Notes under the pieces: generated by a model
What the model was told of the DNA's origin: nothing
The model's database searches: none
Seen by the model: only the letters and a program-made list of their open reading frames with translations
Shown: piece after piece, positions 49,554 to 59,802 of the stretch
Numbering within the stretch: position 1 is the first letter of the stretch
Layout: every line of letters starts with the position of its first letter
Source of the DNA: an uncultured Candidatus Actinomarina sp.
GTDB lineage: Bacteria; Actinomycetota; Acidimicrobiia; Actinomarinales; Actinomarinaceae
Direction of reading: 5' to 3'
Length of the DNA stretch: 64,000 bases
Assembly: GCA_902578135.1 (NCBI GenBank)
Contig: CACHBU010000001.1
Location: 125,286 to 189,285 of the forward strand
Program-made: the position numbers and the translations under genes

Positions 49554-49649
49554 CTAGACGCTTTTCTTCTTATGTCTATTTGATTTACGACGTTTACGAT
49601 ATTTATGTTTTGACATTTTCTTACGTCTTTTTTTGATCAAAGATCCCAT
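49554..49649 (-). CDS. bS22-like highly basic 31-aa micro-protein (actinobacterial small ribosomal protein), not in ORF track
   Basis: Minus-strand ATG(49649) MGSLIKKRRKKMSKHKYRKRRKSNRHKKKSV TAG; MGS-IKKRRKRM is the conserved N-terminus of mycobacterial bS22. Confidence 0.5.
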   Translation of the reverse strand: MGSLIKKRRKKMSKHKYRKRRKSNRHKKKSV

Positions 49650-49720
49650 AAATTAAATTTTTTTCCTTTTTTCCTAACTGCGAAATTCTAACCGATTTTC
49701 ACCATTAACTGAAAATCTTT

Positions 49721-50578
49721 TCAAAGTTTTTTAATTTTGCTTAATTTTATTGCATTATTTATTGCCATTAAGCCATCATTATCATTTGGAGACCTTCTTA
49801 ACGCCCATAGGCCCCAAGTAATCATAGAGAGCATTTCAAAGTACTCAAATTTTTCAATATCTTCGTCAGACTCTATCCCTATTTCTATTAATGAACTTTT
49901 TTTAAATTCGTCGTTATGATCAAATTCATTTTGCCAAAATAAGTCTGAATAATCAAAGTAGCTATCTCCCATAGATGAGTATTCCCAATCAATTAGAATT
50001 GTTTTATTTTCATAGATTACGAAATTTGCATAGTAAAGATCTTGGTGACACGGTACATTTTTGATTCCAATTTCGTTTATCTTTTTTATAACATTTGAAG
50101 CAACTTCAATAGCTTCTTTTTCTACTGAGTGAGAAGCATCTGCAATATTATGAAAAACTTTTAGAGGTGAAAAATTTTCTTCAAGTACCAAATCTGAATT
50201 GTGCAATTCATTTAATATATAAAATGCATTCATCCGCATTTCTTTATTGTTAAAATCTTGTTGCTTGTATGTATATATATCGAAATATTCTGAAATTTTA
50301 ATTCCAGTAATTTCATCAAAAAGTATAAACGGAAGCGTTAATCCAGCCTCATAAGCTCTAATAGAATTAAGTTTTTCAGATTTTCTATTTATAACGTCTG
50401 GATTTTTTCCGGGAATTCTCAAGACAAACTTTTTATTATCTACGCCTACAACAAGTGTATTATTTGTTATTCCATCTAACGGTGAGATGGTGTATTTTTT
50501 TTCATCTTTAATATTAGAAATTTCATAATCTAAAAATATTTTTACTACTTCACTAGATTCGATCATATTCATTATCAT
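49721..50578 (-). CDS. choline/ethanolamine kinase-like phosphotransferase (APH superfamily)
   Basis: HQDLYYANFVI catalytic loop and LIDWEYSSMGDSYFDYSDLF (ChoK-like DFEYSSYN motif); the ORF-track 5' extension to 50692 is probably spurious, and the start is set at the MIMNMIESS Met. Confidence 0.65.
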   Translation of the reverse strand: MIMNMIESSEVVKIFLDYEISNIKDEKKYTISPLDGITNNTLVVGVDNKKFVLRIPGKNPDVINRKSEKLNSIRAYEAGLTLPFILFDEITGIKISEYFDIYTYKQQDFNNKEMRMNAFYILNELHNSDLVLEENFSPLKVFHNIADASHSVEKEAIEVASNVIKKINEIGIKNVPCHQDLYYANFVIYENKTILIDWEYSSMGDSYFDYSDLFWQNEFDHNDEFKKSSLIEIGIESDEDIEKFEYFEMLSMITWGLWALRRSPNDNDGLMAINNAIKLSKIKKL

Positions 50579-50588
50579 AATATAAGTT

Positions 50589-50789
50589 ATGAATGATCCA
50601 TTTGCACTAGATTTAACAATAATTCTTCTTCTTCTTGGTGTTGGAGCAGCAATGGTAGCTGGAAATATTGCGGCGTTGCTCAAATCAAACAAAGAGGGTG
50701 CTGAAATTTTCTTTACACGAACAATTTTTTTAACAATTGTTGGTCTTGTAATTACTATCTGGTCAATTGCTTCATTAATAAACAGATAA
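50589..50789 (+). CDS. small 2-TM membrane protein, unknown
   Basis: 66 aa ORF in an otherwise empty divergent intergenic region; clean hydrophobic hairpin topology. Confidence 0.35.
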   Translation: MNDPFALDLTIILLLLGVGAAMVAGNIAALLKSNKEGAEIFFTRTIFLTIVGLVITIWSIASLINR

Positions 50790-50834
50790 AAATACTAAAA
50801 ATAGGTTATGATATTCAAAGAACTAAAGGTTTAA

Positions 50835-51401
50835 ATGTTATCAGACAAAGACATAAAAATATCATTAGAGAATAAAGAGATAGAGATCTCTCCTTTAGAC
50901 GAGGCTTACATTCAGCCTTCAAGTTTAGATCTAAGAGTTGGAAATGAATTTAGAGTATTTGAAAATCATAAATACTCTCATATAGATCCAAAAGCAGAGC
51001 AAGAAGATTTAACTACTCTGGTTACTGCAACAATTGATGAACCGTTTGTTCTCCATCCAGGGGAATTTGTTCTTGGAACTACATTTGAAAAAGTGACTTT
51101 ATCAAATAAAGTAGTTGCAAGGCTAGAAGGAAAAAGTTCTCTAGGTAGAATTGGGCTATTAATTCACTCAACAGCAGGATTCGTAGACCCTGGTTTTTCA
51201 GGTTATCTAACACTTGAGCTTTCAAATGTAGCAAATTTACCAATCAAAATTTACCCTGAAATGAAAATAGGTCAGATATCTTTCTATTACTTAAATTCTC
51301 CTTCTGAATCCGAATATGGTTCAGGAGTATACGGAAGCAAATATCAGGGACAAGAGGGGCCTACTCCAAGCCGTAGCCATAACGATTTTAAAAATAAATG
51401 A
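50835..51401 (+). CDS. dcd: dCTP deaminase
   Basis: [22 protein letters not shown] and a C-terminal tail typical of the Dcd/dUTPase trimer fold; 188 aa. Confidence 0.85.
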   Translation: MLSDKDIKISLENKEIEISPLDEAYIQPSSLDLRVGNEFRVFENHKYSHIDPKAEQEDLTTLVTATIDEPFVLHPGEFVLGTTFEKVTLSNKVVARLEGKSSLGRIGLLIHSTAGFVDPGFSGYLTLELSNVANLPIKIYPEMKIGQISFYYLNSPSESEYGSGVYGSKYQGQEGPTPSRSHNDFKNK

Positions 51402-52081
51402 TTCCAGGTATTGGTACCCTAATAAATTCTTTTGCAGTAATGGGTGTAGGCCTATTAAGTAGATTTTTTATTAAAAAGGAAATTAAAAACTTTGAAAATA
51501 ACTTACTGCCTCTTGGTTTGTTGGTATTAACTTTGGGAATTAGAGAATCGCTAAAAAGTCCTGAATTTTTAGTTACACTTTTTGCTGTTTTAATTGGTGC
51601 AATTATTGGTACATATTTAAAAATTGAAGAAAGAATTAAAAGCTTTGGAGAATATCTTCATAAAAAATTTGAAAAAGGAGAAGGAGAAAAAAATAAGTTT
51701 ATTGAAAGTTACTTAACTGCTTCATTAATAGTGGTTACTGGTCCACTGGCAATTGTGGGTCCATTCTTAGATGTAGTTGAGGGAAACATTGAGCTTTTGT
51801 TAATCAAAACTGCACTTGATTGCTTCTTAGTTTTGTTTTTAACTTCGAGTGGTGGTAAAGGAGCAGGCTATTCGGGGATTTCCATCTTGATATACCAAGG
51901 CTTCTTTACTTTATGCGCTTTAGCTATTGGTGGATCGATCGACCAGGCTATGTCTGATTCTATAGCCGGGGTTGGTGGTGTATTGTTGGTAGGAGTTGGA
52001 ATTAATTTACTTGGAATCAAACAAATTCCTGTTGGAAATTATATCTTGAGTTTGTTTATTCCATTTTTTCTAGCATTTTAA
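51398..52081 (+). CDS. DUF554 family membrane protein
   Basis: N-terminus [21 protein letters not shown] and 6 TM are typical of DUF554. Confidence 0.6.
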   Translation: MIPGIGTLINSFAVMGVGLLSRFFIKKEIKNFENNLLPLGLLVLTLGIRESLKSPEFLVTLFAVLIGAIIGTYLKIEERIKSFGEYLHKKFEKGEGEKNKFIESYLTASLIVVTGPLAIVGPFLDVVEGNIELLLIKTALDCFLVLFLTSSGGKGAGYSGISILIYQGFFTLCALAIGGSIDQAMSDSIAGVGGVLLVGVGINLLGIKQIPVGNYILSLFIPFFLAF

Positions 52082-52721
52082 ATGTTCTAGTTGCTCCCTC
52101 AACTCCCTCAAATTGATCAATTAGCTTTTGAGATTCTTCCGCAAACGTACCTTTTACAAAATAATGTTGTCTTATTGAAAAACAGCGATTTTTGAAATCT
52201 ATAGCTATAGGCACAAGAGGTATGTTTAGGCCTTTTGCTAGATAGTAAAAACCGCTTCTAAACTCAGATACTGGCTCTGTACCCGCTTCAGGTGCAATAA
52301 CTAAAATAAAGTTATCTATCTTTTTAAACTCTTCGACTGCTCCATAAATTAATCCTTTTGAATTAACTCTATATACAGGAATTCCGCCCAGTTTTAATAA
52401 AAGATATTTCTGTAACCACCAAAATGGCCACGGTATACCGAGCTTGTCTAAATTTTTTGAGATAGTAAACAAGCTAGGTAATCGTGTAAATATCCATGCA
52501 GCACCAAAAAAATTAATTTTTAAATCTAAAGACCATACTGCTAAAAGAGCATACCAAGCATCTCTCATTGCTGTATGAGGTAAACCAATAAGAATCATTT
52601 TGCTTAAATCTGGAATTTCGCCCTTAATCTCCCATCTAAATAGTTTCATTAAAAGCCTTCCAAAGGGGCCAAGAATTCTTCTTTTTTTAGTTGCTAGGTT
52701 TTTATAATTTGCTTCGCTCAT
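52056..52721 (-). CDS. PlsC-family lysophospholipid acyltransferase
   Basis: H-x4-D (PHTAMRD) and APEAGTE acyltransferase motifs. Confidence 0.65.
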   Translation of the reverse strand: MSEANYKNLATKKRRILGPFGRLLMKLFRWEIKGEIPDLSKMILIGLPHTAMRDAWYALLAVWSLDLKINFFGAAWIFTRLPSLFTISKNLDKLGIPWPFWWLQKYLLLKLGGIPVYRVNSKGLIYGAVEEFKKIDNFILVIAPEAGTEPVSEFRSGFYYLAKGLNIPLVPIAIDFKNRCFSIRQHYFVKGTFAEESQKLIDQFEGVEGATRTFKMLEKME

Positions 52722-53704
52722 AACTCTGAAACATATTTTGCTATTTGGACTGCATTAAGTGCTGCACCTTTAAGTAAATTATCTGAAACAACCCAGAAGT
52801 TGACTATTTTTTTTGATGAAAGACCCTCTCTCATTCTTGATACCAAAACATTATCTCTTCCCTCAGCATCAAGTGGAGTAGGTAATGGATCATCCCAATA
52901 TTCAATCCCATCAAAATTATCGATTGCATCAATTGCAGACTCTCTTGAAACTTCATTTTCAAAAACTGCTGAACAGAATGTTCCATGCCCTGTTTTTACT
53001 CCAACCCTAGCGTTCGAAGGCTCTACAATTAAGTCGCCTATAGAAAGTATCTTTCTTGATTCATTTACAAACTTCATTTCTTCGTCAGAGTATCCGTTCT
53101 CTAATAAATTTCCAGCAACTGGAATAACATTTTTTGCAATTGGTCTTGGATAAAAACCATCTGCATAATCTTCTTTCAAATCATCTCCCATTTCAATTTC
53201 TCTACTAAGAGAGTCCACCGCTTGGGTTCCTGATCCAGATACTGCTTGATATGCAACTGGCGTAATTGATTTAAGGTTAAATTTATCATGAAGAGGCTTT
53301 AAAGCCATAACTAAACCCATAGTTGTACAGTTAGGATTAGCAATTAATTTTGTGTTGCTATTTATAGTCTCTTCATTAATTCCATAAACTACTAATGGGA
53401 CTTCATCATCATGTCTGAAAGCTGATGAGTTATCAATGACATAAGCTCCATGTTCTATAAACTTCTTAGCAAATTCTTTCGATCTATCACCTCCAGCTGA
53501 AAAAAGGGCGATATCAAATTCGGATATATTTTCATCAATTAATTCTTGAACAATTAACTTATTTTTATTTATTACTAATTCAGTGCCTTTTGATTTACTT
53601 GATGCAAAAAAAGTGTAGGAAGTATCTTTCGGAAAATACTCTTCTGATAGATTTATAATTTTACGACCAACTAATCCCGTTGCCCCAATAATGGCTATTT
53701 TCAT
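52718..53704 (-). CDS. asd: aspartate-semialdehyde dehydrogenase
   Basis: MKIAIIGATGLVGRKI Rossmann; active-site NPNCTTMG. Confidence 0.9.
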   Translation of the reverse strand: MKIAIIGATGLVGRKIINLSEEYFPKDTSYTFFASSKSKGTELVINKNKLIVQELIDENISEFDIALFSAGGDRSKEFAKKFIEHGAYVIDNSSAFRHDDEVPLVVYGINEETINSNTKLIANPNCTTMGLVMALKPLHDKFNLKSITPVAYQAVSGSGTQAVDSLSREIEMGDDLKEDYADGFYPRPIAKNVIPVAGNLLENGYSDEEMKFVNESRKILSIGDLIVEPSNARVGVKTGHGTFCSAVFENEVSRESAIDAIDNFDGIEYWDDPLPTPLDAEGRDNVLVSRMREGLSSKKIVNFWVVSDNLLKGAALNAVQIAKYVSEL

Positions 53705-54921
53705 TAGTTTGTTATGAATTCTTCATGTAAGACATTAAGAGCCTTCTCAATATCATTACTACTGATAACACAGGATACTCTAATAGGAGAAGTGGATATC
53801 ATTGATATATTAATCTTATTATCTCCCAAAGTTTTAAACATTTTTGAGGCAACTCCCGATTCTGATTTCATTCCTGCTCCTATTATGGAAATTCGAGCAA
53901 TATTTTCGTCTACGTCATAACCTTTTGCATCGAGTTGTTTTGAAATGTTTTTTAAAGTATCTTCTACATCTTTTTGTTGTTCGGAGGGAGCAGTAAATGA
54001 AATATCAGTAATTGATTCTTTAGAAACGTTCTGAACAATCATATCAACATTTGTTCCAATCTCTGAAAGAGACCCAAAAACTGTACCAGCAATACCCGGC
54101 TGATCAGGAACACCAAAAAGTGTGAACTTAACTTCTTTATCATTGTGGGTTACCCCGCTTACAATTGCCTCTTCCATTGTTTTTTCTTTCACTACGGTAC
54201 CTTTGTTGTTTGTAAAAGTTGATTTTACAATTATTGGCACATTATACCTTCTACCAAATTCTACAGACCTAGCCATTAATACGCCTGCTCCTGAAGAAGA
54301 CATTTCAAGCATCTCGTCGTAAGTAATCTCATCAATTAACTTTGCTGACTCAATAATTCTCGGATCTGCAGTAAATATTCCCTCCACATCAGTAAATATT
54401 TCACACTTTTCAGCACCTAAAGCAGCTGCTAAAGCAACCGCAGTGGCATCAGATCCTCCTCTGCCTAAGGTAGTTATTTCTCTCGTGTCACGATTAAAGC
54501 CTTGGAATCCTGCAACAATAACAATGTCTCCTCTTTCAATACCTTCTCTAACTCTTTCACCTGAGATTTCTTCAATTTCTGCTTTGCCGTGTCTAGATGT
54601 AGTAATTATTCCAGCTTGAGAACCTGTAAGAGAAAATGAACTATGACCCAAACTGTTTAAATGCATTGAAAGTAGTGACATGGTTATTCTCTCGCCAGCA
54701 GATAACAACATATCCATCTCACGTGGAGTAGGTTTCTCGGAAAGCTCATTGGCTAAATCAATTAATTCATCTGTGCTGGAACCCATTGCTGAAGGCACAA
54801 CTACAACTTCATAACCTTCTTTCTTACGGTCAATTATTCTTTCCGCAACTATTTTTAACGAGCTTGTGTTAGCTACGCTAGTTCCACCAAATTTTTGTAC
54901 GATTAATTTCATTGGAAACAT
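53704..54921 (-). CDS. lysC: aspartokinase
   Basis: VQKFGGTSVAN N-terminus, amino-acid kinase fold, two C-terminal ACT domains. Confidence 0.9.
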   Translation of the reverse strand: MFPMKLIVQKFGGTSVANTSSLKIVAERIIDRKKEGYEVVVVPSAMGSSTDELIDLANELSEKPTPREMDMLLSAGERITMSLLSMHLNSLGHSSFSLTGSQAGIITTSRHGKAEIEEISGERVREGIERGDIVIVAGFQGFNRDTREITTLGRGGSDATAVALAAALGAEKCEIFTDVEGIFTADPRIIESAKLIDEITYDEMLEMSSSGAGVLMARSVEFGRRYNVPIIVKSTFTNNKGTVVKEKTMEEAIVSGVTHNDKEVKFTLFGVPDQPGIAGTVFGSLSEIGTNVDMIVQNVSKESITDISFTAPSEQQKDVEDTLKNISKQLDAKGYDVDENIARISIIGAGMKSESGVASKMFKTLGDNKINISMISTSPIRVSCVISSNDIEKALNVLHEEFITN

Positions 54922-54968
54922 TCTAATTAATTTATTAAAGAATTAAAGACCCTAGTACTCTAGTTTTT

Positions 54969-55847
54969 ATGAGTATAGATTTGCACATTCACTCAGTTAA
55001 TTCTGATGGAACCTCCTCAGTAGAGGAAATTGTCAATCTTTCTAAGGAATTACAGTTAGAAGCAATATCAATAACAGATCATGAATATTTAACTGAGGTG
55101 CCTTCCGACAATGACATAAAAATAATTAAAGGAATTGAAGTTGGTGCAGATTGGAAGGAATTAAAGTCAAAAAATCCATTTGCTGGTATTCATCTCTTAG
55201 TCTATTTTTTAGACAGAAACACAAGCTTAAACGCAAGACTTGAAGAGATTAGAAACAAGAAAAAAGAGAGAAATTACATAATTCTTGAAAGCTTGAAGAA
55301 ATCAGGCATAGATATTGAAAAATCTGAGCTAGATCTCGTAAAGACTAAGGTGCCTGGTAGACCACACATTGCACAAATAATGGTTGAGAAACAATATGTG
55401 AGTAATGTAAGTGAAGCCTTTACAAAATTTTTAAGAAATGGAATTATCCCCAATATAGATACTCATCAACTTGATATTGAAGAAATAATTCAATTATCAA
55501 AAGAATCAAAATCATTAATTTTTTTAGCACACCCTCATACACTTATGAGTAGCGAATCATACAAAAAAAATCAAAATTGGATTACTTCAGAATTTTTTGA
55601 TTATCTAAAACAAATGAAAATAATGGGATTAAGTGGTCTAGAAGTTTACTACCCAGGTTATAACAGTTCTGTAAAGGCTCGACTTATTGAAATTTGTGAA
55701 AGTTTAGATCTATTAATTTCTGGTGGGAGTGATTTTCATGGCGAAAATAAGCCAAGTAATCTACTCGGAATAGGTTATGAAAATAATCCAATAAAAGTTC
55801 CCTTAAATTTATTATCTAGAATGGAAGAAGCATATGCAAAACTATAA
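54969..55847 (+). CDS. PHP-domain phosphoesterase
   Basis: IDLHIHSVNSDGTSS PHP motif I and downstream His/Asp motifs; 292 aa. Confidence 0.75.
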   Translation: MSIDLHIHSVNSDGTSSVEEIVNLSKELQLEAISITDHEYLTEVPSDNDIKIIKGIEVGADWKELKSKNPFAGIHLLVYFLDRNTSLNARLEEIRNKKKERNYIILESLKKSGIDIEKSELDLVKTKVPGRPHIAQIMVEKQYVSNVSEAFTKFLRNGIIPNIDTHQLDIEEIIQLSKESKSLIFLAHPHTLMSSESYKKNQNWITSEFFDYLKQMKIMGLSGLEVYYPGYNSSVKARLIEICESLDLLISGGSDFHGENKPSNLLGIGYENNPIKVPLNLLSRMEEAYAKL

Positions 55848-57315
55848 AAAATTGATGGGTTCTATATCTATAGTTACAGCTTCGTATGCTGCTAGTAGAC
55901 TTTTAGGATTTTTTAGAGAGATTCTTCTAGCTAAATGGACTGGTGTTTCAGGTGCGACAGACACACTTGATTTAGCATTTATAATTCCTGATTTTTTGTT
56001 TTATCTTTCAGCTGGAGGTTACCTTGCCATAACTCTGATTCCCTTGATGAGTAGTAAGTCCGAAGAAGAATTAAATAACTATTTCTTGTCACTTTTAAAT
56101 GGGTTGTCTTTGGTGTTTATTTTGTTTTCAGCCATAGTTTTCTTGTTTAGATACCAATTGTCAGAGGTTCTAAATGTTGAGTCACCTGCATTTTTTATTG
56201 AGGTATTTACCCCAATTATATTCAGTCAAATATTCTTTTTTATAGGCGCAATTCTTATGTCTTATCAGTATTTAAAGGAAAACTTCTTATATGCATCACT
56301 TGCACCACTGGTTTACAACAGTACGATTATATTTTTTGGTTGGATCAACTCTAGCTCTCCAGAAAGTACGGTTAAAGGTTTCGCTTTAGGGACTTTAGTC
56401 GGTTCAATAATTGGCCATTTAATAATTCAGGTTATTGGTGCATCAAGGTCGGGCCTTAAATACATTTTTGTTCCTCCTCGACTGAGATATTTGAAAGAGT
56501 ATCTATTTATCTCTTTACCCCTTGTAGTTGGACAGTCAATTGCTGTAATAGATGAACAGCTTTTCAGAATTTTTGGGTCAATGCTTACTGTTGGTAGTGT
56601 TGCAACTTTTAGATACGCACGCAGAATTGCCATACTTCCAGTTGGTATAATTGCTCAAGCAATTGGTGTTGCAAGTTATCCATTGCTTGCAAGATTATTC
56701 AAAGCAGACGAAATAGAAGAATTAGTACTTCTAGTTAGAAAACAGCTTTCTTATCTATTTTTATTCAATGGTGCCGTTATGGTTTTCTGTCTTGCTAATG
56801 CTGAATCTATAATTTCTATAATTTACGAACGTGGAGCTTTTAATTCAACAAACACATTAACTGTGGCCAGTATATTTTCAATTGTTGTTTTTGCTATATT
56901 GCCATGGTCTATGAATCAAGTTCTTACAAGATCATATTATGTTCAAAAAATATTCTGGTTTCCTGTAATAAGCGGAACTGTTGTTTCTGTATTAACTACG
57001 ATTCTTTTGCTTGTTATAAACAATAGAGATGCACAGACTTATGCTCTACTAATAACATTGTCTTTATTTGTTTATTCAATATATTTACTGATTAATTTAA
57101 AAGTAAAAAATATAAAAATACTTAACCTATCTCTAGTTAAAGATGTTATTAAATCATGCGCAATTTTGGCACTATCATTCTTTCTTTCCGAATTGTTAGT
57201 TTTTGAAAGTACATTCATACAACTTTCAACAAGCTTTGTAAGTATTGTAGGTTTGACTTTTACTTTTCTTGTATTGCTAAAATTTGAATATATTAATATA
57301 ACGAAAAGAAACTAA
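55834..57315 (+). CDS. murJ: lipid II flippase MurJ/MviN
   Basis: N-terminal RLLGFFREILLAKWTGVSGATDTLDLAFIIPDFLF matches the MurJ signature; 14 TM. Confidence 0.75.
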   Translation: MQNYKKLMGSISIVTASYAASRLLGFFREILLAKWTGVSGATDTLDLAFIIPDFLFYLSAGGYLAITLIPLMSSKSEEELNNYFLSLLNGLSLVFILFSAIVFLFRYQLSEVLNVESPAFFIEVFTPIIFSQIFFFIGAILMSYQYLKENFLYASLAPLVYNSTIIFFGWINSSSPESTVKGFALGTLVGSIIGHLIIQVIGASRSGLKYIFVPPRLRYLKEYLFISLPLVVGQSIAVIDEQLFRIFGSMLTVGSVATFRYARRIAILPVGIIAQAIGVASYPLLARLFKADEIEELVLLVRKQLSYLFLFNGAVMVFCLANAESIISIIYERGAFNSTNTLTVASIFSIVVFAILPWSMNQVLTRSYYVQKIFWFPVISGTVVSVLTTILLLVINNRDAQTYALLITLSLFVYSIYLLINLKVKNIKILNLSLVKDVIKSCAILALSFFLSELLVFESTFIQLSTSFVSIVGLTFTFLVLLKFEYINITKRN

Positions 57316-57656
57316 TGCAAAAATTTCCATTAAAAAAAGGTCTATCCAGTGCACAAGAATTGCACGAGGAAATAAACAATTATATAGATGTGTTAATGGG
57401 GCACATTAACCCCCCTATTGCAGATGGGGTTGATACACTTTTTGAAGTTAGCAGTACATATCTGGCGAGAGCTAAAGAAATAGAGATAAAATTACTTGAA
57501 AGAGAAAGAAACACAAAAGTTGAGCCTGGAGATGAACTAAAAAAATTCAGAACTGGAGAGTTAAGAAGTTTTATAGAGTTGTGTAAAAGTGCTCAAAATC
57601 AAGGATCTCGAAGAATAACAGTCGCTTTAAGCGAATTGAATCTTAAAGAAAATTAG
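57315..57656 (+). CDS. hypothetical protein
   Basis: 113 aa soluble ORF overlapping the murJ stop; no family recognised. Confidence 0.4.
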   Translation: MQKFPLKKGLSSAQELHEEINNYIDVLMGHINPPIADGVDTLFEVSSTYLARAKEIEIKLLERERNTKVEPGDELKKFRTGELRSFIELCKSAQNQGSRRITVALSELNLKEN

Positions 57657-59182
57657 TCAATATTTTCGATATCAAAAACTTCACTAATATTTTCTTGAAC
57701 ATTGTTTTCTGTACTAGAGTTTTCCGATAAGCCTTTTGCTGCCTTTACTTGTATAGAAACTTTTAGTCCCATTATTTTTGCAATTTCTGATTCAATAAAT
57801 TCCAAAATATCTTGCGATTTTTTTAACTCAGTAATTAAATACTCATTTTCATCATCAACATAAAGAATCAGGTTTTCCTTGTCTTCTATCTGGGGGCTTA
57901 CCAAAGTAATATAGGAATATTTTCTAGGTGTAAGTGTGTTCTTTCCTTCTTGAAGTATCTTTGGCCAATATACATCAAAATTTTCTAGATCTTTTTTTGG
58001 GGCTTTAATTGTGCTTTTAGTTTTTTTTTCAGTATTTTGTTTTGGTTTAGGCGTTTGTTTTGAAGAAGGGATTTCTTTAACAAAATCTTCTTGAATGTTC
58101 TGTTCACCTTCTAAAAGGTCGACTCGTCTTGAAATTGATTTTATATCAGATGCCAGTTGGGGTTTAATTAATTTAATAAGAAATAATTCCAACTTTAGTT
58201 CTTGAGAAGGTGCGTTGACAATCGTTTGATTAAGTTCATCTAATAAATCTAAGACTCTGGATAGCTGCTTGGCTGTTATAAATTCATTCGAATGTTTTAC
58301 TAAAGCGTTTTCGCTTTCGCTAATAGCTAAAAAAGTATCATCATCAGGCAAGTATTTGAAGTAAAAAATATTCCTAAATAAATCGGTAATAGAATTTAGG
58401 ATATCTAAAGGCTGAAGGCCTTTGCTATAATTCGCTTTGAGAATATGTAGAATCTTAGATGTATCTTGTGTATTAATAGACTCAATAATTTGCTGCAAAT
58501 CAGCAATAGAGACTTTGCCAAGAATACTGTACAAGTCATCGATAGTTGCTTTATTACCAAATGTATTGTGGGTTTGTTCAAAAAGATTTATTGCATCACG
58601 CAATGAACCGTCGCTTTGATTAGCAATATAGCTTAAAACATCGTCATTAATTTTTATTTTTTCATTTTTACCAATCTCATTAAGTGTGCTTATAATTTCA
58701 TCATTCCCAATTCTTTTAAAAGCTATGTGGGTTGTTCTACTTTTAATAGTTTCTAATACTCTTTCGGGTTCTGTGGTTGCAAGTATAAATATCACGTGCT
58801 CTGGTGGTTCCTCTAAAGTTTTTAAAAATGCATTTGAAGCTGCATTAGATAACATATGCACCTCATCTAAAATAAATACTCTCTTTTTACCTGGGCTACT
58901 TGCTATAAAGTTGATACTGTCATTTAATTCTCTAATGTCATCGACTTTATTGTGGGAAGCTGCATCTATTTCAGTTATATCAAAGACCGGATCGCAACCC
59001 AAAGTAGTAGCAATTATTCTTGCCAGTGAAGTTTTGCCAACACCCCTTGGTCCAGAAAATAAATATGCATGACTTAAATTATTATTCTTTATTTGCTTTT
59101 CAATTAACGTTACAGCATCAGGTTGTCCGACTAACTTGTTTAAGCTATCAGGTCTGTATTTTCTATATAAGGCTTCTTGCAT
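57653..59182 (-). CDS. dnaX: DNA polymerase III subunits gamma/tau
   Basis: YRKYRP, Walker A GPRGVGKTS, clamp-loader sensor motifs; 509 aa. Confidence 0.9.
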   Translation of the reverse strand: MQEALYRKYRPDSLNKLVGQPDAVTLIEKQIKNNNLSHAYLFSGPRGVGKTSLARIIATTLGCDPVFDITEIDAASHNKVDDIRELNDSINFIASSPGKKRVFILDEVHMLSNAASNAFLKTLEEPPEHVIFILATTEPERVLETIKSRTTHIAFKRIGNDEIISTLNEIGKNEKIKINDDVLSYIANQSDGSLRDAINLFEQTHNTFGNKATIDDLYSILGKVSIADLQQIIESINTQDTSKILHILKANYSKGLQPLDILNSITDLFRNIFYFKYLPDDDTFLAISESENALVKHSNEFITAKQLSRVLDLLDELNQTIVNAPSQELKLELFLIKLIKPQLASDIKSISRRVDLLEGEQNIQEDFVKEIPSSKQTPKPKQNTEKKTKSTIKAPKKDLENFDVYWPKILQEGKNTLTPRKYSYITLVSPQIEDKENLILYVDDENEYLITELKKSQDILEFIESEIAKIMGLKVSIQVKAAKGLSENSSTENNVQENISEVFDIENID

Positions 59183-59190
59183 CTCTATAA

Positions 59191-59793
59191 ATGGTAATAT
59201 CTTTACTTTCTATAATGCACTATACAATTAAACTAAGTCAAATGAGAATAGGAGTTGACTTAGATGGTGTTGTTGCAAATTTTACCAAAGGCTGGACAGA
59301 ACAGTACAAAATAGAATTTGGCAAAGAAATACCTGAATCAGACATTACTAATTGGGGACTATCTAAACCTCTGACGCATTTCAATACAGAATTAGATTTT
59401 TGGAATTGGGCAAAAGACATTAATGGAAGCTCAATCTTTAGAAACTTGGAAACCTACGAAAATTCTGTAAAAGTTTTGACTGAGCTTTCCAAAAAAGGAC
59501 ATGAAGTTGTTATTTTGTCTTCGAAGCCATGGTGGTCAATACACGATACCTTGATGTGGTTAGGTGAAAATAAAATTCCTTCGAGAGAAATACATTTTAT
59601 TGAAGAAAAGTGGAAAGTTGAGTGTGACGCTTATATAGATGATGCACCACACCAAATAGAAAATTATGTAAGACAGGTTCCTGATAAATTAATTTTACGA
59701 TTTGTAAGAGAATACAACAGGCCTGTAAAAGGGGCTGTAGATATAAATAACTGGATGGAATTAACTTCTTTACTTGAAGAACACAACTTGTAA
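59191..59793 (+). CDS. 5'(3')-deoxyribonucleotidase-like HAD hydrolase
   Basis: MRIGVDLDGVVANF (DxDx[T/V] HAD motif I); the true start is probably the MRIGV Met (~59242). Confidence 0.6.
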   Translation: MVISLLSIMHYTIKLSQMRIGVDLDGVVANFTKGWTEQYKIEFGKEIPESDITNWGLSKPLTHFNTELDFWNWAKDINGSSIFRNLETYENSVKVLTELSKKGHEVVILSSKPWWSIHDTLMWLGENKIPSREIHFIEEKWKVECDAYIDDAPHQIENYVRQVPDKLILRFVREYNRPVKGAVDINNWMELTSLLEEHNL

Positions 59794-59802
59794 AGTAATT
59801 GT

